A DNA stretch of 64,000 bases from the human T2T-CHM13v2.0 reference genome, Homo sapiens, in the NCBI RefSeq assembly GCF_009914755.1, contig NC_060933.1; one strand, given 5' to 3'. Each line of letters begins with the position of its first letter. Positions within the stretch are counted from its first letter, which is position 1. The notes beneath the pieces were generated by a model. It made no database searches and was not told where the DNA came from. It saw nothing but the letters and a program-made list of their open reading frames with translations. Below are positions 1 to 20,949 of the stretch, piece by piece. A program made the position numbers and the translations under genes.

Positions 1-898
1 ATTTTTCAGGTCTAGTCTAAAAAATTATGTTGACTATTACCACTGTATCCTAAGTAGTAAAATTATACCTGGAATGGGGGGGCGGGGAAGTTCCTAAGAG
101 AAAAGGAGAAAGAGATATCTCTTGGCTTGATGTTAGGAAAATGAGAGGTTGCAGGGGGGTGGGATAAAGAGCAAGAATTTATCACCAGAGGTTTCCTGGT
201 TAACAGACCTGAGAACCCAGTCCTCCTGGCATAGAGCGCTTGATGATACAATCCATCCAACTAACTCATCCTGTTTTGAGTTCATTCTCACCAAGCAACA
301 CTTTGCCACATATGTTGTCATACAGGAGAAAGAATGTGCTGAAGAGTCCTTTGGCACACCTGACAATCGCACATAAAGGAATAAACAATCTGTTATATGA
401 CTATCTCTTTTGAGTCTGGAAGTAAGAGCCATTGCCTCTGGACCTGTTTAACCCTGCAAACAATTTCAAAATGGAGTTTCTAGACCTGCCAAACTGCAGA
501 CCTGAGGAAAGTAAGAAAATTCTTTTCATTAGACTCCTTGAAGACAGTTCAATCTAACCTCAATTATCCCCTGCATTCTTTATTATTATAGGTCTTGTTG
601 ATGCTTCCAAGTCTGCTACACATAGTTACCTAATGACTCTATGGTGATTTAATCTAGAGTTTAAAACACTGTTCTATACACACAATCTACTCAAAATGGA
701 CCAAAAACTTCAATGTTAAGACCTGATCCTATGAAACTACTGGAAGAAAACATAGAGGAAATGCTTTAGGACATTGCCTGGATAAGGATTTTTTAGGTAA
801 GACATAAAAAAAAAAGGCAACAACAAAAAAAAAAACAGACAAATGAGATTACATCAAACAAAAAAGCTCTGCATAGCAAAGGAAACAACATAGTGAAT

Positions 899-1209
899 GG
901 CTGGGTGCGGTGGCTCACGCCAGTAATTACAGGACTTTGGGAGGCCAAGGCAGGTGGATTGCTTGAGGCCAGGAGTTCAAGACCAGTGCAGCCAATATAG
1001 TGAGAGCCTGTCTCTACAAAAACAAAACAAAACCTTTAAAAAATTAGCAGGCATGGCATGGTGGCATGTGCCTGTAGTCCTCGCTACTTGGGGGACTTAG
1101 GTGGGAGGTTTGCTTGAGCCCAGAAGTTCAAGGCTGCAGTGAGTTATGATCATGCCACTGCACTCCAGCTTAGGTGATAGAATGAAATCCTGTCTCTTAA
1201 AAAAAAAAA
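899..1209 (+). mobile_element. AluJ-type SINE inserted in the L1
   Basis: Dimeric Alu with J-type features (ttgcttgagccca, ggctgcagtgagttatgatc) and poly(A) tail; the L1 sequence resumes afterwards. Confidence 0.9.
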
Positions 1210-1683
1210 TACATTGAAGAAACAACCTAAAGAATGGAAGAAAATCTCTGCAACTATACATCTGACAAGGGGTTAATACCCAGAATACATAAGGAACACA
1301 AACAACTCAACAGAAAAAAAAAAAAAAGAGAGAGAAAACAAAAAAAATCTGATTCTAAAACAGAGAAAAGATTATAGAAATGACCAACAGGTATATGAAG
1401 AAATGTTCAACACCACTAGCCATCAGAGAAACGTAAATCAAAAACCACAATGGGAAATCATGTCATCCCAATCAGAATTATCCCAGGGTATTATCAAAAA
1501 TACAAAAGGTAAATGTTGGCAAGGATGTGGAGAAAAGGGAACCCTTACACAGTCTGGGGAAGAACCTTTACTCTTGTTGGGGAAAGTGTAAATCCATGCA
1601 GTCATTATAAAAAACAGTATGGAGGCACCTCAAAAAGTTAAAAACAAAACTACTATATGATCCAGCAATCACAGCACTGGGTA

Positions 1684-2003
1684 CACTGTCAGCCCTCCAT
1701 ATTTGTGGGTTCTGTAGCTGTGATTCAATCAACCATGGATCGAAAATACTTTAAGAAAAACTATTTAAAAAAATAAATAATAATATGAATTAAAATAATA
1801 TAGTTTAACAACTATTTACATAGTATTTACGTTGTATCGGGTATTATAAATAATCTAGAAGATGAATTATAGTACAAGGGAAGATGTCCATAAGTTATAT
1901 TCAAATACTACACCATTTTACATAAGGAACAGGAGCCTCAATGGATTCCGATATCCCTGTGGGGTCCAGAAATCAATCCCCCATGGAGAGTGAGGGACAA
2001 CTG
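1684..2003 (-). mobile_element. MER2 (TcMar-Tigger MITE)
   Basis: Degenerate terminal inverted repeats (cactgtcagccctcc ... gagggacaactg) flanked by TA (1682-83, 2004-05); it splits the L1 motif ctgggta|tatt. Confidence 0.85.
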
Positions 2004-3179
2004 TATATTCAAAGGAATAAAATCAGTATGTCAGAGTCCCATGTTTATTGCAGCACTCTTCATAATAGCCAAGATATGGAATCAACCTGTGTCTAACAGC
2101 AGATGAATAAAGTAAATATGGTATATATACACAATGGAATACTAATCGGCCAAAAAAAGAATGAAGTACGATCATTTGTGATCACATGCATAAATGAAAT
2201 AAGCCAGTTAAAGAAAGACAAATACTGACTGTTCTCACTCATATGCAGAATCTTAAAAAAGGTGATCTCACAGAAGTATGAATAGAACAGTAGTTAGCAG
2301 AGACTGGGGAGGGTAGAAAGAAGTGAAGGATGGGGAAGAGGATGGTCGATGGGTACAAAGTTACAATTAGAAAGGAGTAATAAATTGTGGTGTTCTATTG
2401 CACAGCAGTGTGATTACAGTCAACAAAGTACTGTACATCTCAGAATAGCCTGAAGAGAGGATTTCGGATGTTCTCACCACAAATAAATGAAAAACGTTTG
2501 AGGTGATGGATAAGTTAATTACTGATTTGATCATTACATTATGTATACAAATATTGAAGCATCACATTGTACCCCATAACTATGTACAATTATTATATAT
2601 CAATCAAAAATTTAAAAATTAAAAACACTACTCAGGCAAGTTTTTCACAATTAGAGAAAAACTTTGCCTGCTTTATCTATTACTAATTTATATTAATTCT
2701 AAGAAAGACTTTCATTTCACTTCTTAGCACCTCTGATTAGTATATGAACAGTAGCTCATTTAACTTTAAATTTTTCCATAGCACTTAGCAGCACATACTG
2801 TACAAAATGGTCAACTTAATATAAATTTGCAGCACTAAACTAATTGGACATGAACAGAAATAGCATGATTCCTTATTTTTAGTTTTGTTTTCAATCAAAA
2901 GAGGGAAATGTCCTGTTAATCTTAGCTCTGTCTTCCTTCTACTTTCCTCATTTGAAATGAATGGTTCTTTAAGCACCCATTTCCAACAAAAGACCAGCTA
3001 TGTCTTTTATCAGGGATCTGAAGTTCACATAAACATCGAATCAATCATAGAACAAAAGTGAGAAGGCAACAGATCTTATATTTATAGACACTGAAAATCT
3101 CTTTCCAAAATAATCCTCACACTTCTCTTAATCTTAAATGCCACTTTCTGACTGTATAATCTAAAGAAAATTGCTAAAA

Positions 3180-3290
3180 CTCTATACCTCCATTTCCAAA
3201 TAATAACGCTTACCTCATAGGTTTTTGTGGGGATTAAATGAGTTAATTATGTCAAAACCCCTTATAACTCCTCAATAAATGGCAGTCTTA
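3180..3290 (+). mobile_element. MIR fragment
   Basis: MIR core-like text tacctcataggtttttgtggggattaaatgagttaat...ctcaataaatggc. Confidence 0.65.
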
Positions 3291-6200
3291 AGATTTTAGT
3301 GATACTGCCTACTACCTACTTTTTGAGAGGGCTTGGAAAGAAATACCTCAATTACCTCAAAATGTAACTTTTCAACATTATGTTTAAACAAACAAACAAG
3401 TGGTTTTATAATGAAAAATAAAATAATAGGGACTACAAGAGACTACACATATAAAATCCTATGCCCTCTAAGAGCTTATAATCCAGTTGAAAAAACAAGT
3501 CCTAAATATGTAAACCATGATTCATTCATTCATTTATCCATCTATCAAAAATTTACCAAGTATCTATTATGACACAGTCCTTAGCATCATGGAACTTACA
3601 ATCTAGTAAAAGTAGTCAAGTATACAGGAAATAATTATATAGTAACAGAGAGAGGAAGCCAGCAAGGATGATTATATACAATAATGTTTTGTAGAAATAA
3701 GTCTCGCACTAATCAGAATATTTGGAACAGCTGAAAAACTGTTTATAATCAAAACTCAAATTTAACTACTCTTACACTTTTAACACCAAAATTATACTTT
3801 GATAAGATTTTTGGTTATTAGTAGAAATAAGATGGGCATTTAACATGCCCCTTTGGCTGAGATTCAGGGAATAATAATATATCAATAAAATGTACATAAA
3901 TTATTGTGCCAAAATACCATAAGCAAACCATAAATATAAGATTTACTGCTTTCTGCAGTCCTATGTTTTAATGTCAGATTAAATATTTGTGTGGATTCAG
4001 ATCATGAAATAATAAAATGAATATCTAGGAAAAATTGTTAGTAAAAGGAAAACCCATAAATGTTTAGTTTCCTTACGAACACTTTTTAAGCATCTATTTA
4101 ATCACTCAAGCAATCAGTAGTGATTTAAGGACATATAAATAAATTATAGAAAAAGATTTCTTTTTAATTAGTTTTATCAAAAATACTTACAAGCAGTTTA
4201 TTACACTGAGCAAACAGAAATTATGCAATATAAATATGCTTTTACATAGGAACATGCATATGCTAAAGAGTAGCCCAATTCCACACACCATAATTATCAA
4301 AATAATTTTGATAATTTTTTTAAAAGAGTATTTCATGTAAATATGAAATATAACTTGGTATTTAAGCAAATGCCCTTGGCAAGGGGGAACCTAGTTTTTT
4401 ATAAACTTATCATATACAAAATTCTAAAAAATATTATACCCAATTTTACTATATGACATTAAAAGCATATTTAAAAAGAAGGGACACTTTAAATTTTAAT
4501 TAACTTTCTAGGTTTTAAAAAAGCTATAAAATCTTTCATATAATATTACAATTGGGAATACTACATTAGAAATACATTTATTTTATTTTTATCAAGCAAA
4601 AATTCAGAGGAAGACAAAAATGCCTTACAGAGCTCCCTTTATAGAAGTATATGTGAGCTGGGGTCAGCATAATTAGCAATGATGTTCATGTCTGCAATGC
4701 TGACCTGGAGCTGAGTACATCAAACATAATTGTTATAAAGAGTGTACTGAATGCTATTAATTCAAAATAATTTGGCAGAATACTAGGCAAAATTTAACTA
4801 TAGGAATTAATCATTTGAGGACTACACTTCTGTGTATAGATTAAAAGGCAAGTAAATCGACTGATTCGTAAAATGCTGTTTACTAGACAGTCTCCTTTAA
4901 ACTGATTTCACACTTGGAACACAAGATACTTTTCAGTGAGTAAGGTAGCCAAGTTAAAACTGTCACCCCTGCATTTATGATTTCTCCTGTATTTATTTAA
5001 GTAAACATTAACTTGCTGAGTTAAATATGAGCCAGTATTTAGGGGGGAAAACATTTTCTTCTTAATTTGAAAAGCTTTGATTTAAGCTATCTTCAGCAAT
5101 TCAAATAGAATCCAACAATAGCACCTGTGAAACCAAATGCAAAAATCACTATTTTTTTGTTTGAGAATTTAGTCTTTTACAAAATTGCAACTAAATACAT
5201 CTGTCTCACCCTACCCCCAACCTCACCACAACTGAGAAAATCTCCAGAGACATCATCAAAAGCTTACACTATTATATAAACTCCACAGAGCCCAGAAAAC
5301 AAAAATGCTTGTATATAAAAATTAGATAAACTGTCAGAGCAGTGTCATGGTACACAATAGCTCACTGTCAGAACCTCACCAGAATGCGCTGTACCAGCTG
5401 TTACAGCACTTCTTGATTAACTCTCTCCAAGCCCAGTGACTGAGAACATGACAAATACAATCACCCAGCACTATTAGTATTGGTGCTCATCAGAATGAAC
5501 ATTATTGTTGGCTATGTGTGAACTACTGCTCAATAATTCAGACAACATCAATTACATTAAATAACATCACTATCCATTTCATTCAGAAACAGCAAAAAAA
5601 ACCCAAAAAACAGGCTAAACAGTCTGAAGTCTAAAAAATAATTTGACTAACCTGTTTCCCTTAATAAAAAATGCCTCGAAGTAGACTGATTTGAAAACAT
5701 TTTTATTCCAATATAAATTGTAGTAAAAACGCACAAAAACGTATATTTAAATCCTGTTTAAAATTAAATCGAAAAATAATCACAGGTAATCCTTTTGAAT
5801 TGGGCTTCAGATTAGTCTATTTAACAGAAACATCTGGTTGTGTTGAAATCTTTTAACCTTGAAAATGAGATTAGAATCCACTATTTTTAAGTTAAAGTAA
5901 TTTCTAATTATTTTATCTGGGTCACAGATAATCTACTCTTGCTAGGTCTAAAATGACATCAGATTATCACTGCTATGATTATCCTGTTATCTTTCACTAT
6001 CAACAGGAAGATGAGATAAATGATTTATTTATTCCAAGTAAAAATGAATAATGGTAAAAAATTACTGAAAAGTGATATGCTGCTTCCCTGAAACCTCAAG
6101 CTAAATCCCAAAGAGACAACACTTATTTTGCTTGTTTGATGTCTAGTAGGTCTATATTCAAGCTATGCAATAAAATAGTTTACGTAATGAAATGATATCC

Positions 6201-7293
6201 GTATCAGTAGTTTCCCAAAATGCCTCTAGGATCTTTAGGGTGCAAGAGTAGGGGAAAAAGTAAGACTGCAATGGAAGGATTAAATTTACTGTGATTCTTT
6301 CTCCCACTTCTTTCTTATGCAACCTGACAAATTCGTCACTTAACACTGTAAAGAGAGATCCATGGATTCGAATTATGACAAAAACATGTGCAGATGTATA
6401 ATTTCTTGTAATCTTAATTTTATCACAAAACAGCAAACTTATTTTATAAAGTAAGCATCATCTATATTTTAACTTAATTAAAATATTAAATAGTATTTAA
6501 GTGCTAATTTAATTCATTCGATTTAAAATTAAACACCGAATGCATTAGACTTTTAAATAATCAAGCCTCAAAGAATCTTAAATCAATGTGAGGAAGAGTA
6601 TATTCTGGAAACCCTTTTTAATTTCTTTTTTAAACCCCAAAAGGGTAACGCTTGAGGTTCACTATGAAATCCCAGCTAAAGAGATTTAAAAATTCATTGT
6701 AATTCTAAAAAGTACTCGTATTCAAGAGAAAGTAAAGTGACTAAAGGTTAGGATAACAAATAGAATATATCCTCTCTCTTGCTTTCTCTTTCTTAACAAT
6801 TCTTTTGTGATTGTTTTACAGAGGTGTAATTGCTATAGATACCAGCAGTGTCTGGTACAGTGCTCTGAGAGGTTACTACACATATGCAGAAAGAGATGAA
6901 ACTTTTGGAGGGAGCATTATTCAACAAATGTGGTTTCCACTCGGTTTTAGAAATATCACCTCATAACCAAATCTCTCTACCTTAATAAAATGTAACGTTC
7001 AATACTACAGAAAAAAACCCTTGCAATTTGAGAATTAACATGTTGATAGAAGGGAAGAGAGTCAGAATCAAACCTGATACACAAAAACCATAAATAACTT
7101 ACAGAAATACCTCGAAGATATTGCAGGTTTGGTTCTAAACAATGAAGCGAGTATTGCAATAAAGCCGGTAGCAAAAATTTTTCGGTTTCTCACTGCATAT
7201 AAATGTTATGTTTATGCTATACTCTATGAAGTGTACAACAGCATTATGTCTAAAACACAATGTACATACCTACCTTAAATTAAAAATTATTTA

Positions 7294-8015
<722 letters not shown>

Positions 8016-9719
8016 TCAACACTGATCATGAGATTGTAGCAATTCGGTCACATCTTCCACTTCTTATTTCTCTTGTTATTTCTAGCACATCTTTAGTTAC
8101 CACCTCCACTGAAGTCTTGAACCCTTCAAAGTTAACCATGAAGTTTAGAATCAACTTCTTCCAAACTCCCGTTCATATTGTTATTTTGGTCCCCTCCCAT
8201 AAATCGCAAATGTTCTTAATGGCATCTAAAATGGTAAATCTTTTCCAGAAGGTTTTCAATGTACTTTCTCCAGATCCATCAGAGGAATCACTGTCTACAG
8301 CAGCTATAGCCCATGAAATGTATTTCTTAAATGGTAAGACTTAAAAGTTGAAATTACTACTCCTTGATCCATGGCATGCATAAGGGGTGTAGCAGGCATG
8401 AAAACAACATTAACCTCCTTGTATATCTTCATCAGAGCTCTTGAGTGACTTGATGCATTGTCAATGAGCAGTAATATTACGAAAGGAACTTTTTTTCCTG
8501 AGCAGTAGTTCTCAATAGTGGGCTTAAAATATTCAGCAAGCCATGCTGTAAACAGATGTGGCTGTCACTTAGGCTTTGTTTTTCCATTTCTAGGGCAAAG
8601 GCAGAGTAGATTTAGCATAATTCTTAAGAGCCTAGGATTTTTGGAATGGCAAATGAGCACCGGCTTCAACTTACAGTCACCAGCTGCATTTAACCGTAAC
8701 AAGAGAGTCAGTCTGTCCTGTACCTTGAAGCTTTGAAGCCAGGTATCGACTTCTCCTCTGTAGCCACAGAAGTCCTACATGGCATCTTCTTCCAATAGAA
8801 GGCTGTTTTGTGTACACTGAACATCTGTTGTTTTGTGTGGCCACCTTGATTAATCATCTTAGATCTTTTGGATAATTTGTTGCAACTTCTACATCAGCAC
8901 TTGCTGCTTCACCTTGCATTTTTTATGTTATGGAAATGCCTTCTTTCCTTAAGCCTTAAGAACAAACTTCTGCTAGCTTCCAACTTTTCTTCTCCAGCTT
9001 CCTCACCTCTTACAGCCTTCATAAAATTGAAGAGTTGGGGCCTTGCTCTGGATTAGGCTTGGTTTAATGGAATGTTGTGGCTTGTGCGATCTTCTATCCA
9101 GACCACCAAAAATTTCTCCATATCAACAATAAAGCTGCTTCACTTTCTTATCATTTGTACGTTCTGTGAAGTAGCATTTTAAATTTCCTTCAAAAACTTT
9201 TCCTTTGCATGCATAACTTGGCAATTTGGCACAAGAGGTCTAGTTTTCGGCCTGTCTCAGCTTTTAACATGCCTTTCTCATTAGGTTTCATCATTTGTAG
9301 TTTTTGATTTAAAGTGAGAGACATGCAACTCTTCTTTTCACTTAAATACTTAGAGGCCACCATAGGATTATTATTTGGCCTCATTTCAACATTATTGTAT
9401 CTTAGGGAATAGCAAGGCCCAAAGAAGAGAGATAGAGGAATGGCCAGTGAATGCAGCAGTCAGAACACACACAACATTTACCAATTAAGTTTGCCATTTA
9501 TACGGTCGCAGTTTGTGGTGCCCCAAAATAATTACAATAGTAACATCAAAGATCACCAATCATAGATCATAGTAACAGATATAATAATCATGAACATGTT
9601 TGAAATATTACAAGAATTACCAAACTGTGGCACAGAAACAACAGGTAAGCACACACTGTTGGGAATATTGTACCGAAAGACTTACTCAATGCATCATTGC
9701 CACAAACCTTCAACTAGTT

Positions 9720-9722
<3 letters not shown>

Positions 9723-9760
<38 letters not shown>
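9723..9760. repeat. (AC)19 microsatellite inside Tigger1
   Basis: Uninterrupted AC run. Confidence 0.97.
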
Positions 9761-9762
<2 letters not shown>

Positions 9763-9859
9763 TCTACAAAGCACAATATAACAAGTATGCCTGTATAGCA
9801 TATATACTGTGGATAAGAAATTAAGTGTTTATCAGAATATATTCAGTAAAAATGTATCA

Positions 9860-10656
9860 AAACTACTATCAAGCAACAGTAATTAAGAAAGTGTGGTCCT
9901 GGCATAAAGATATCTCTATGTCATAAAGATAGACATACAGATAAATAAAATAGAGTTAAGAGTCCAGAAAATATCTAGTTAATTTTCAACAAAGGTGTCA
10001 AGACTATTCAATGGTGGAAAGAATTGTCTTTGCAAGAAATGGTGCTGGGACAACTAGGTATCTACTGTAAAAGAATAAAGATGGACCCCTACTTCACACA
10101 ATGTACAAAAATTAGCTCAAAATGAATCATAGTACTAAATATAAAAGCTAAAACAATAAAACCCTTAGAAGAAAATATAGGAGTGAATTTTGTTGACCTT
10201 GTATTAGGCAACAATATAATATATATTATATAATATATTCAGATATATTAAATAATATATCTGAAAAGGGACTTATACCTACAATACATAACTTTTCTAA
10301 CTCAACAGTAAAATGGCAACCCAATTAAAACATGGTCAAAGGATTTCTCCAAAGATACACAAACGGACAACAAGCATGTGAAAAGATACTCGACCTCATT
10401 AGATCACCAGGGAAATGCAAATTAAAACTATGATGAGGTATTACCGTTTTTTAAAAGACAGGTAATAACAATTGTCACCAAGGCTGTAGAGGAATTAGAA
10501 CCCTCAAATACTGCTAGTGGGAATGCAAAATGGTGCAGCAACTTTAGAAAAACAGTGGCAGTTCTTTAAAAGATAAATGTAGTTTCCATTAGACTCAGCA
10601 ATTCCACTTCTATATACCCCAAAGAAATGAAAATGTACGTCCACACAAAAACGTGT
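9860..10656 (+). mobile_element. Old L1 (L1MB/MC-type) ORF2 3' fragment, host of the next L1
   Basis: Degenerate L1 ORF2 motifs (aaatggtgctgggacaact, gcaattccacttcta...cccaaagaaatgaaa). Confidence 0.75.
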
Positions 10657-17205
<6,549 letters not shown>

Positions 17206-17449
17206 ACAAACGTGATGTCTATAGTCATATAAAAACACTGTATTTGTTAGCTTTTAAAAACAGGATACAAAATTGTGTATACTTTGTACTTGATTATAAC
17301 TACTTTAAAATTACATAGGCACATGAAAGTATTAAAAAGCATGGGTAATTTTCTCCTTTGATTTCTAAACTTCCTATAACTTTTGAGAATTACATTCATA
17401 ATTAGGTAATATATTCATAAATGTTACTTTACATTAAAAATATACTTAC

Positions 17450-17566
17450 TGTGATGATGCCAATTAGTTGAGTGTAAAAGAGTCCAGTTATTCCAACTAA
17501 CATAGTAATGCCCATAAAGGCTGCTAGTCTCATTATGGCCAATTCATGTCTAAAAACAAAGAGGTC
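17450..17566 (-). CDS. ZDHHC21: ZDHHC21 coding exon 5 (117 nt; TM4)
   Basis: Acceptor cttttcttttttag-type tract then GAC, donor ACA|gtaagt; encodes DLFVFRHELAIMRLAAFMGITMLVGITGLFYTQLIGIIT; phase 0 to phase 0. Confidence 0.97.
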
Positions 17567-17861
17567 CTAAAAAGAAAAAGAAAGTCTTAAAAACCATTCA
17601 GAGTTGCTTATATTGCTTACAGTCGCAATAATAATCAAGAATTGAGCCATAACACATCTTCCTTATTATCTTAAAAGAACTACCTCTCCCTCTTTTATAC
17701 TTCTATTGAAATCAATGTATAAATATTTTAAAATTTCAAAAATAGGTATTTTAATTTACAATAGCAAGCTGGAAAATACAGGAGTTTACTACTCTACTGC
17801 ATCAAAACTCCTCAATCTTAGGTGCAAGTTAGCCTTGTTTGTTTTTTGAACCTATTTTGGG

Positions 17862-17920
17862 AAAAAAAAAAAAAAAAAAAGAAAGAAAGAAAAGAAAAAC
17901 CCAAAACAAAACAAAACACA
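17862..17920. repeat. A-rich low-complexity tract (A-run, GAAA and CAAAA units)
   Basis: Directly visible. Confidence 0.9.
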
Positions 17921-18104
17921 GATGGTTGTACAATCTTTGGTTTACAAAAGGAATTTTATTATTTCTCTGCTAAAAAGTTTGAATACACAGCATGATTCAT
18001 ATTACTAAAGTTCAAGTGACCAAGATATCTAGAAATCATTAACGTGGACAAAATGAAGAGAAATCATATATAATAGGATCATAAGTACAGCTCTCTTCAA
18101 GCCT

Positions 18105-18330
18105 ACTTCATTCATTCTTCCATCCAGTCACCCAACCACCATTGCCAAGCATTGTGTTACGTAACAGAAATGTATAAATGATAAAAATATGGTCCATGGC
18201 CTCAAGAAGTACAGTTTATTTAGAAAGAGAGCTCAACTTTGGAAAATTCCAAAACAATGTGATACATTTTATAACAGGGATGCATGCAGAGTACTGTAGA
18301 AACATAAAGGAATGCCTAGATAGGAGGGAG
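18105..18330 (-). mobile_element. L2 fragment
   Basis: ttcattcatt tail and L2-like text (ccaagcattgtg...ggtccatggcctcaagaag). Confidence 0.55.
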
Positions 18331-18958
18331 GAATTGAAATGCTGTGATTTAAAGGCAGGTCTTCTGGCTCAGAGATTGAAAATGAGGGTCCTAAAAGTAA
18401 ACCAAAGACACTGTGGTGGGAAGACAGAAAAACAAAAAGCATTTCATTTACTCTCACTGTTACCAACCAACCAGACCAGAGGAAGGAGAGAGAGATGAAG
18501 AACTAAGACTTCTCCTGGAAATCTGCTGTTGCTAAGCTGTGGAATAAAACAACCACAGAAAATAAAAGCACCAAGTGGATGGAAACGACACCCAAACACA
18601 ACCACCCACATGCTTTCTTTTATACTGATTCATGTTAAGGATTAAAGTATCCTAACAGCAACTTCAAAAATAGGAAGGCCACCAGAGATAGTATGCTTGC
18701 TTGAAACAGAAGAACTGATACTTTTCTGTGTGTATTATATTGAGTCACCACCAGACTCAAGCAAAAATCTGATTCCACATCCACATTACTTATTCATTAG
18801 CCTGGAAAAACTTAGAATTCAGCAAGACACTTAAAACGTTATGTAGCAGGTAAATATTAGGCAATCATTTCAAAACTTCAGTAAAAAGAACCCAATATAG
18901 AATCCCTATAAAACATATAAAACCAAAATGATGGGCCTGTGGATGACATAAAAAATTA

Positions 18959-19534
18959 AGTAAATTCTGCATTAACACTATTTAAAAACACAAATTTGTT
19001 CTAACATAATTGATACATTAAACAAGTTTGACCATGGCAATCATTCTTATGCATACTTTTATCTGTGAAAAAATCCTAGATGAACACAAAAAATTGTACC
19101 CAGATGAACCAAAATATGTAGGAATACACAAAACACACTCACCCGTCAAACATCTACCAGCCACCTCAGTTTCTCTTCCGTGCTATGAGCCACACCCACC
19201 CACAACTAGTATTACAACTTTCCCTCCAATTTCACAGACCCTCCCTTCCATCACTTCACAATAATTCACATTCTGCAACCCTCCTGATGCTCACTTCCAT
19301 AAGAAAACTTCAGGTCTTTCTCAAGGTAAAGTGCCATGTTTATCATAGTATTTATGTATTTCTTAATCACGTAATATTTATATAAAAGAGTGCTGTTGTT
19401 TTTATTATATTCCTATCCTTTTAAGTGTCACAGACAAAGTTTCGGAGTGGTAAGCCCTGTGGTTTTAATGCACGGTTTTACACAGTGAGGTGATTTTTAG
19501 GAATGCACATATTGCATTATAGCAGAGCTTACTG
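18959..19534 (+). mobile_element. MER82 (TcMar-Tigger non-autonomous element)
   Basis: Termini agtaaattctgc ... gcagagcttactg flanked by TA; internal text (caaacatctaccagccacctcag; caggtctttctcaaggtaaagtgcca) matches the recalled MER82 consensus. Confidence 0.8.
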
Positions 19535-19996
19535 TACTAAAATTACCATCTATGACCAAATAAAATCCATCCACTCTACTCCCAGTGAAAAGATTTTAAA
19601 ATAATTTTTGGCCAACTACAATTTATAAATGTCAAGGATGGAGATGAGACTAAAAGATCTACTTATAATATTACATTTATTCATTTGGTTATACATTTAT
19701 ATTTAAAGTATTTATGTAAAATACAGTAGTAAAAAAACTTTAATCTAGAAATTGCTTTTTATCACTTTTACATTTTCAAAAAAACAACTGTATTCCAAGT
19801 TCACACATGCATAATTAACATCATCAGCACTAAATCCATATTTTGAGTCACTTAACACTGTTCTCTAGAGTACATCTTTACTTCTGTCTTAGATTTTTTT
19901 AGATTTAACACTTTTTGAATCCAAAAATTGGCTTAAAAATTTTTATCCAAATCACAGGAACCCATTTGCTATCCGAGATCTTTACTACATAATCAG

Positions 19997-20396
19997 TGTT
20001 ATGGGCTCAATTAGGTCCCCCAAAATTCCTATGTTGAAGCCCTAACCCCTGTACCTTAGAATATGACTGTAGTTGGAGACAAAGCCTTTAAAGCAGTGAC
20101 TAAAATAAAATGAGGCCCTTAGGGTGGGCACTAATCCAATCCAACTGGTTCCCTTATAAGAAGAGGAAATTTGGACACACTGAGAGACACCATGGATGTT
20201 CCCGGAGGAAAGACCATGTGGGGACAGAGAGAAGGTGGTTATCTGCAAGCCAAAGACAGAGGCATCAGGAGAAAACTAACCTGCTGACACCCTGATCTTG
20301 GAGTTGTAGCCTACAGAATGTGAGAAAATGAATTTCTGTTGTTTAAGCCACCCACTTTGTTGTATTTTCTTAAGACAGGCCTAGCAAACTAATATA
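19997..20396 (+). mobile_element. MLT1B-like MaLR solo LTR
   Basis: tgttatgggc...cccccaaaattc start and ctagcaaactaatata end; 5-bp TSD atcag/atcaa. Confidence 0.85.
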
Positions 20397-20495
20397 ATCA
20401 ATAAATGTATTTCTTTATTGTTTACATTTCTTCCATTTTTGTTAAAAAATGTGCTCATATACAGATAAATTCATAAAACACATGTGTTCAGTTTA

Positions 20496-20858
<363 letters not shown>

Positions 20859-20949
20859 TTAGAACATCTGAAACCAAGTAGAGCCTCCTGTGTATTCCTT
20901 CCCCATTGCTGGCTCTCCCTCACCCCTACCCTAAAGGTAAAGGTTACTA

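Larger units (their letters stand above)
675..2625 (+). mobile_element. Old 5'-truncated L1 (L1MA-type; ORF2 3' end and 3'UTR) interrupted by an AluJ and a MER2
   Basis: Degenerate ORF2 C-terminus (KCWQGCGEKGTL, zinc-knuckle-like); L1MA-type 3' end (gatttgatcattacatt...tgtaccccataa) followed by an A-rich tail. Confidence 0.85.

Noticed and set aside
133-432. 99-aa minus-strand ORF (MALTSRLKRD...) as a separate gene or ZDHHC21 coding exon
   Set aside because: No recognisable domain, and it does not resemble the expected ZDHHC21 C-terminus. Only the splice signals at 69-140 were kept as a finding.
4676-4716. C/D box snoRNA (atgatgt ... ctga)
   Set aside because: Box C is imperfect, the spacing is too short, and it is on the strand opposite the host transcript.
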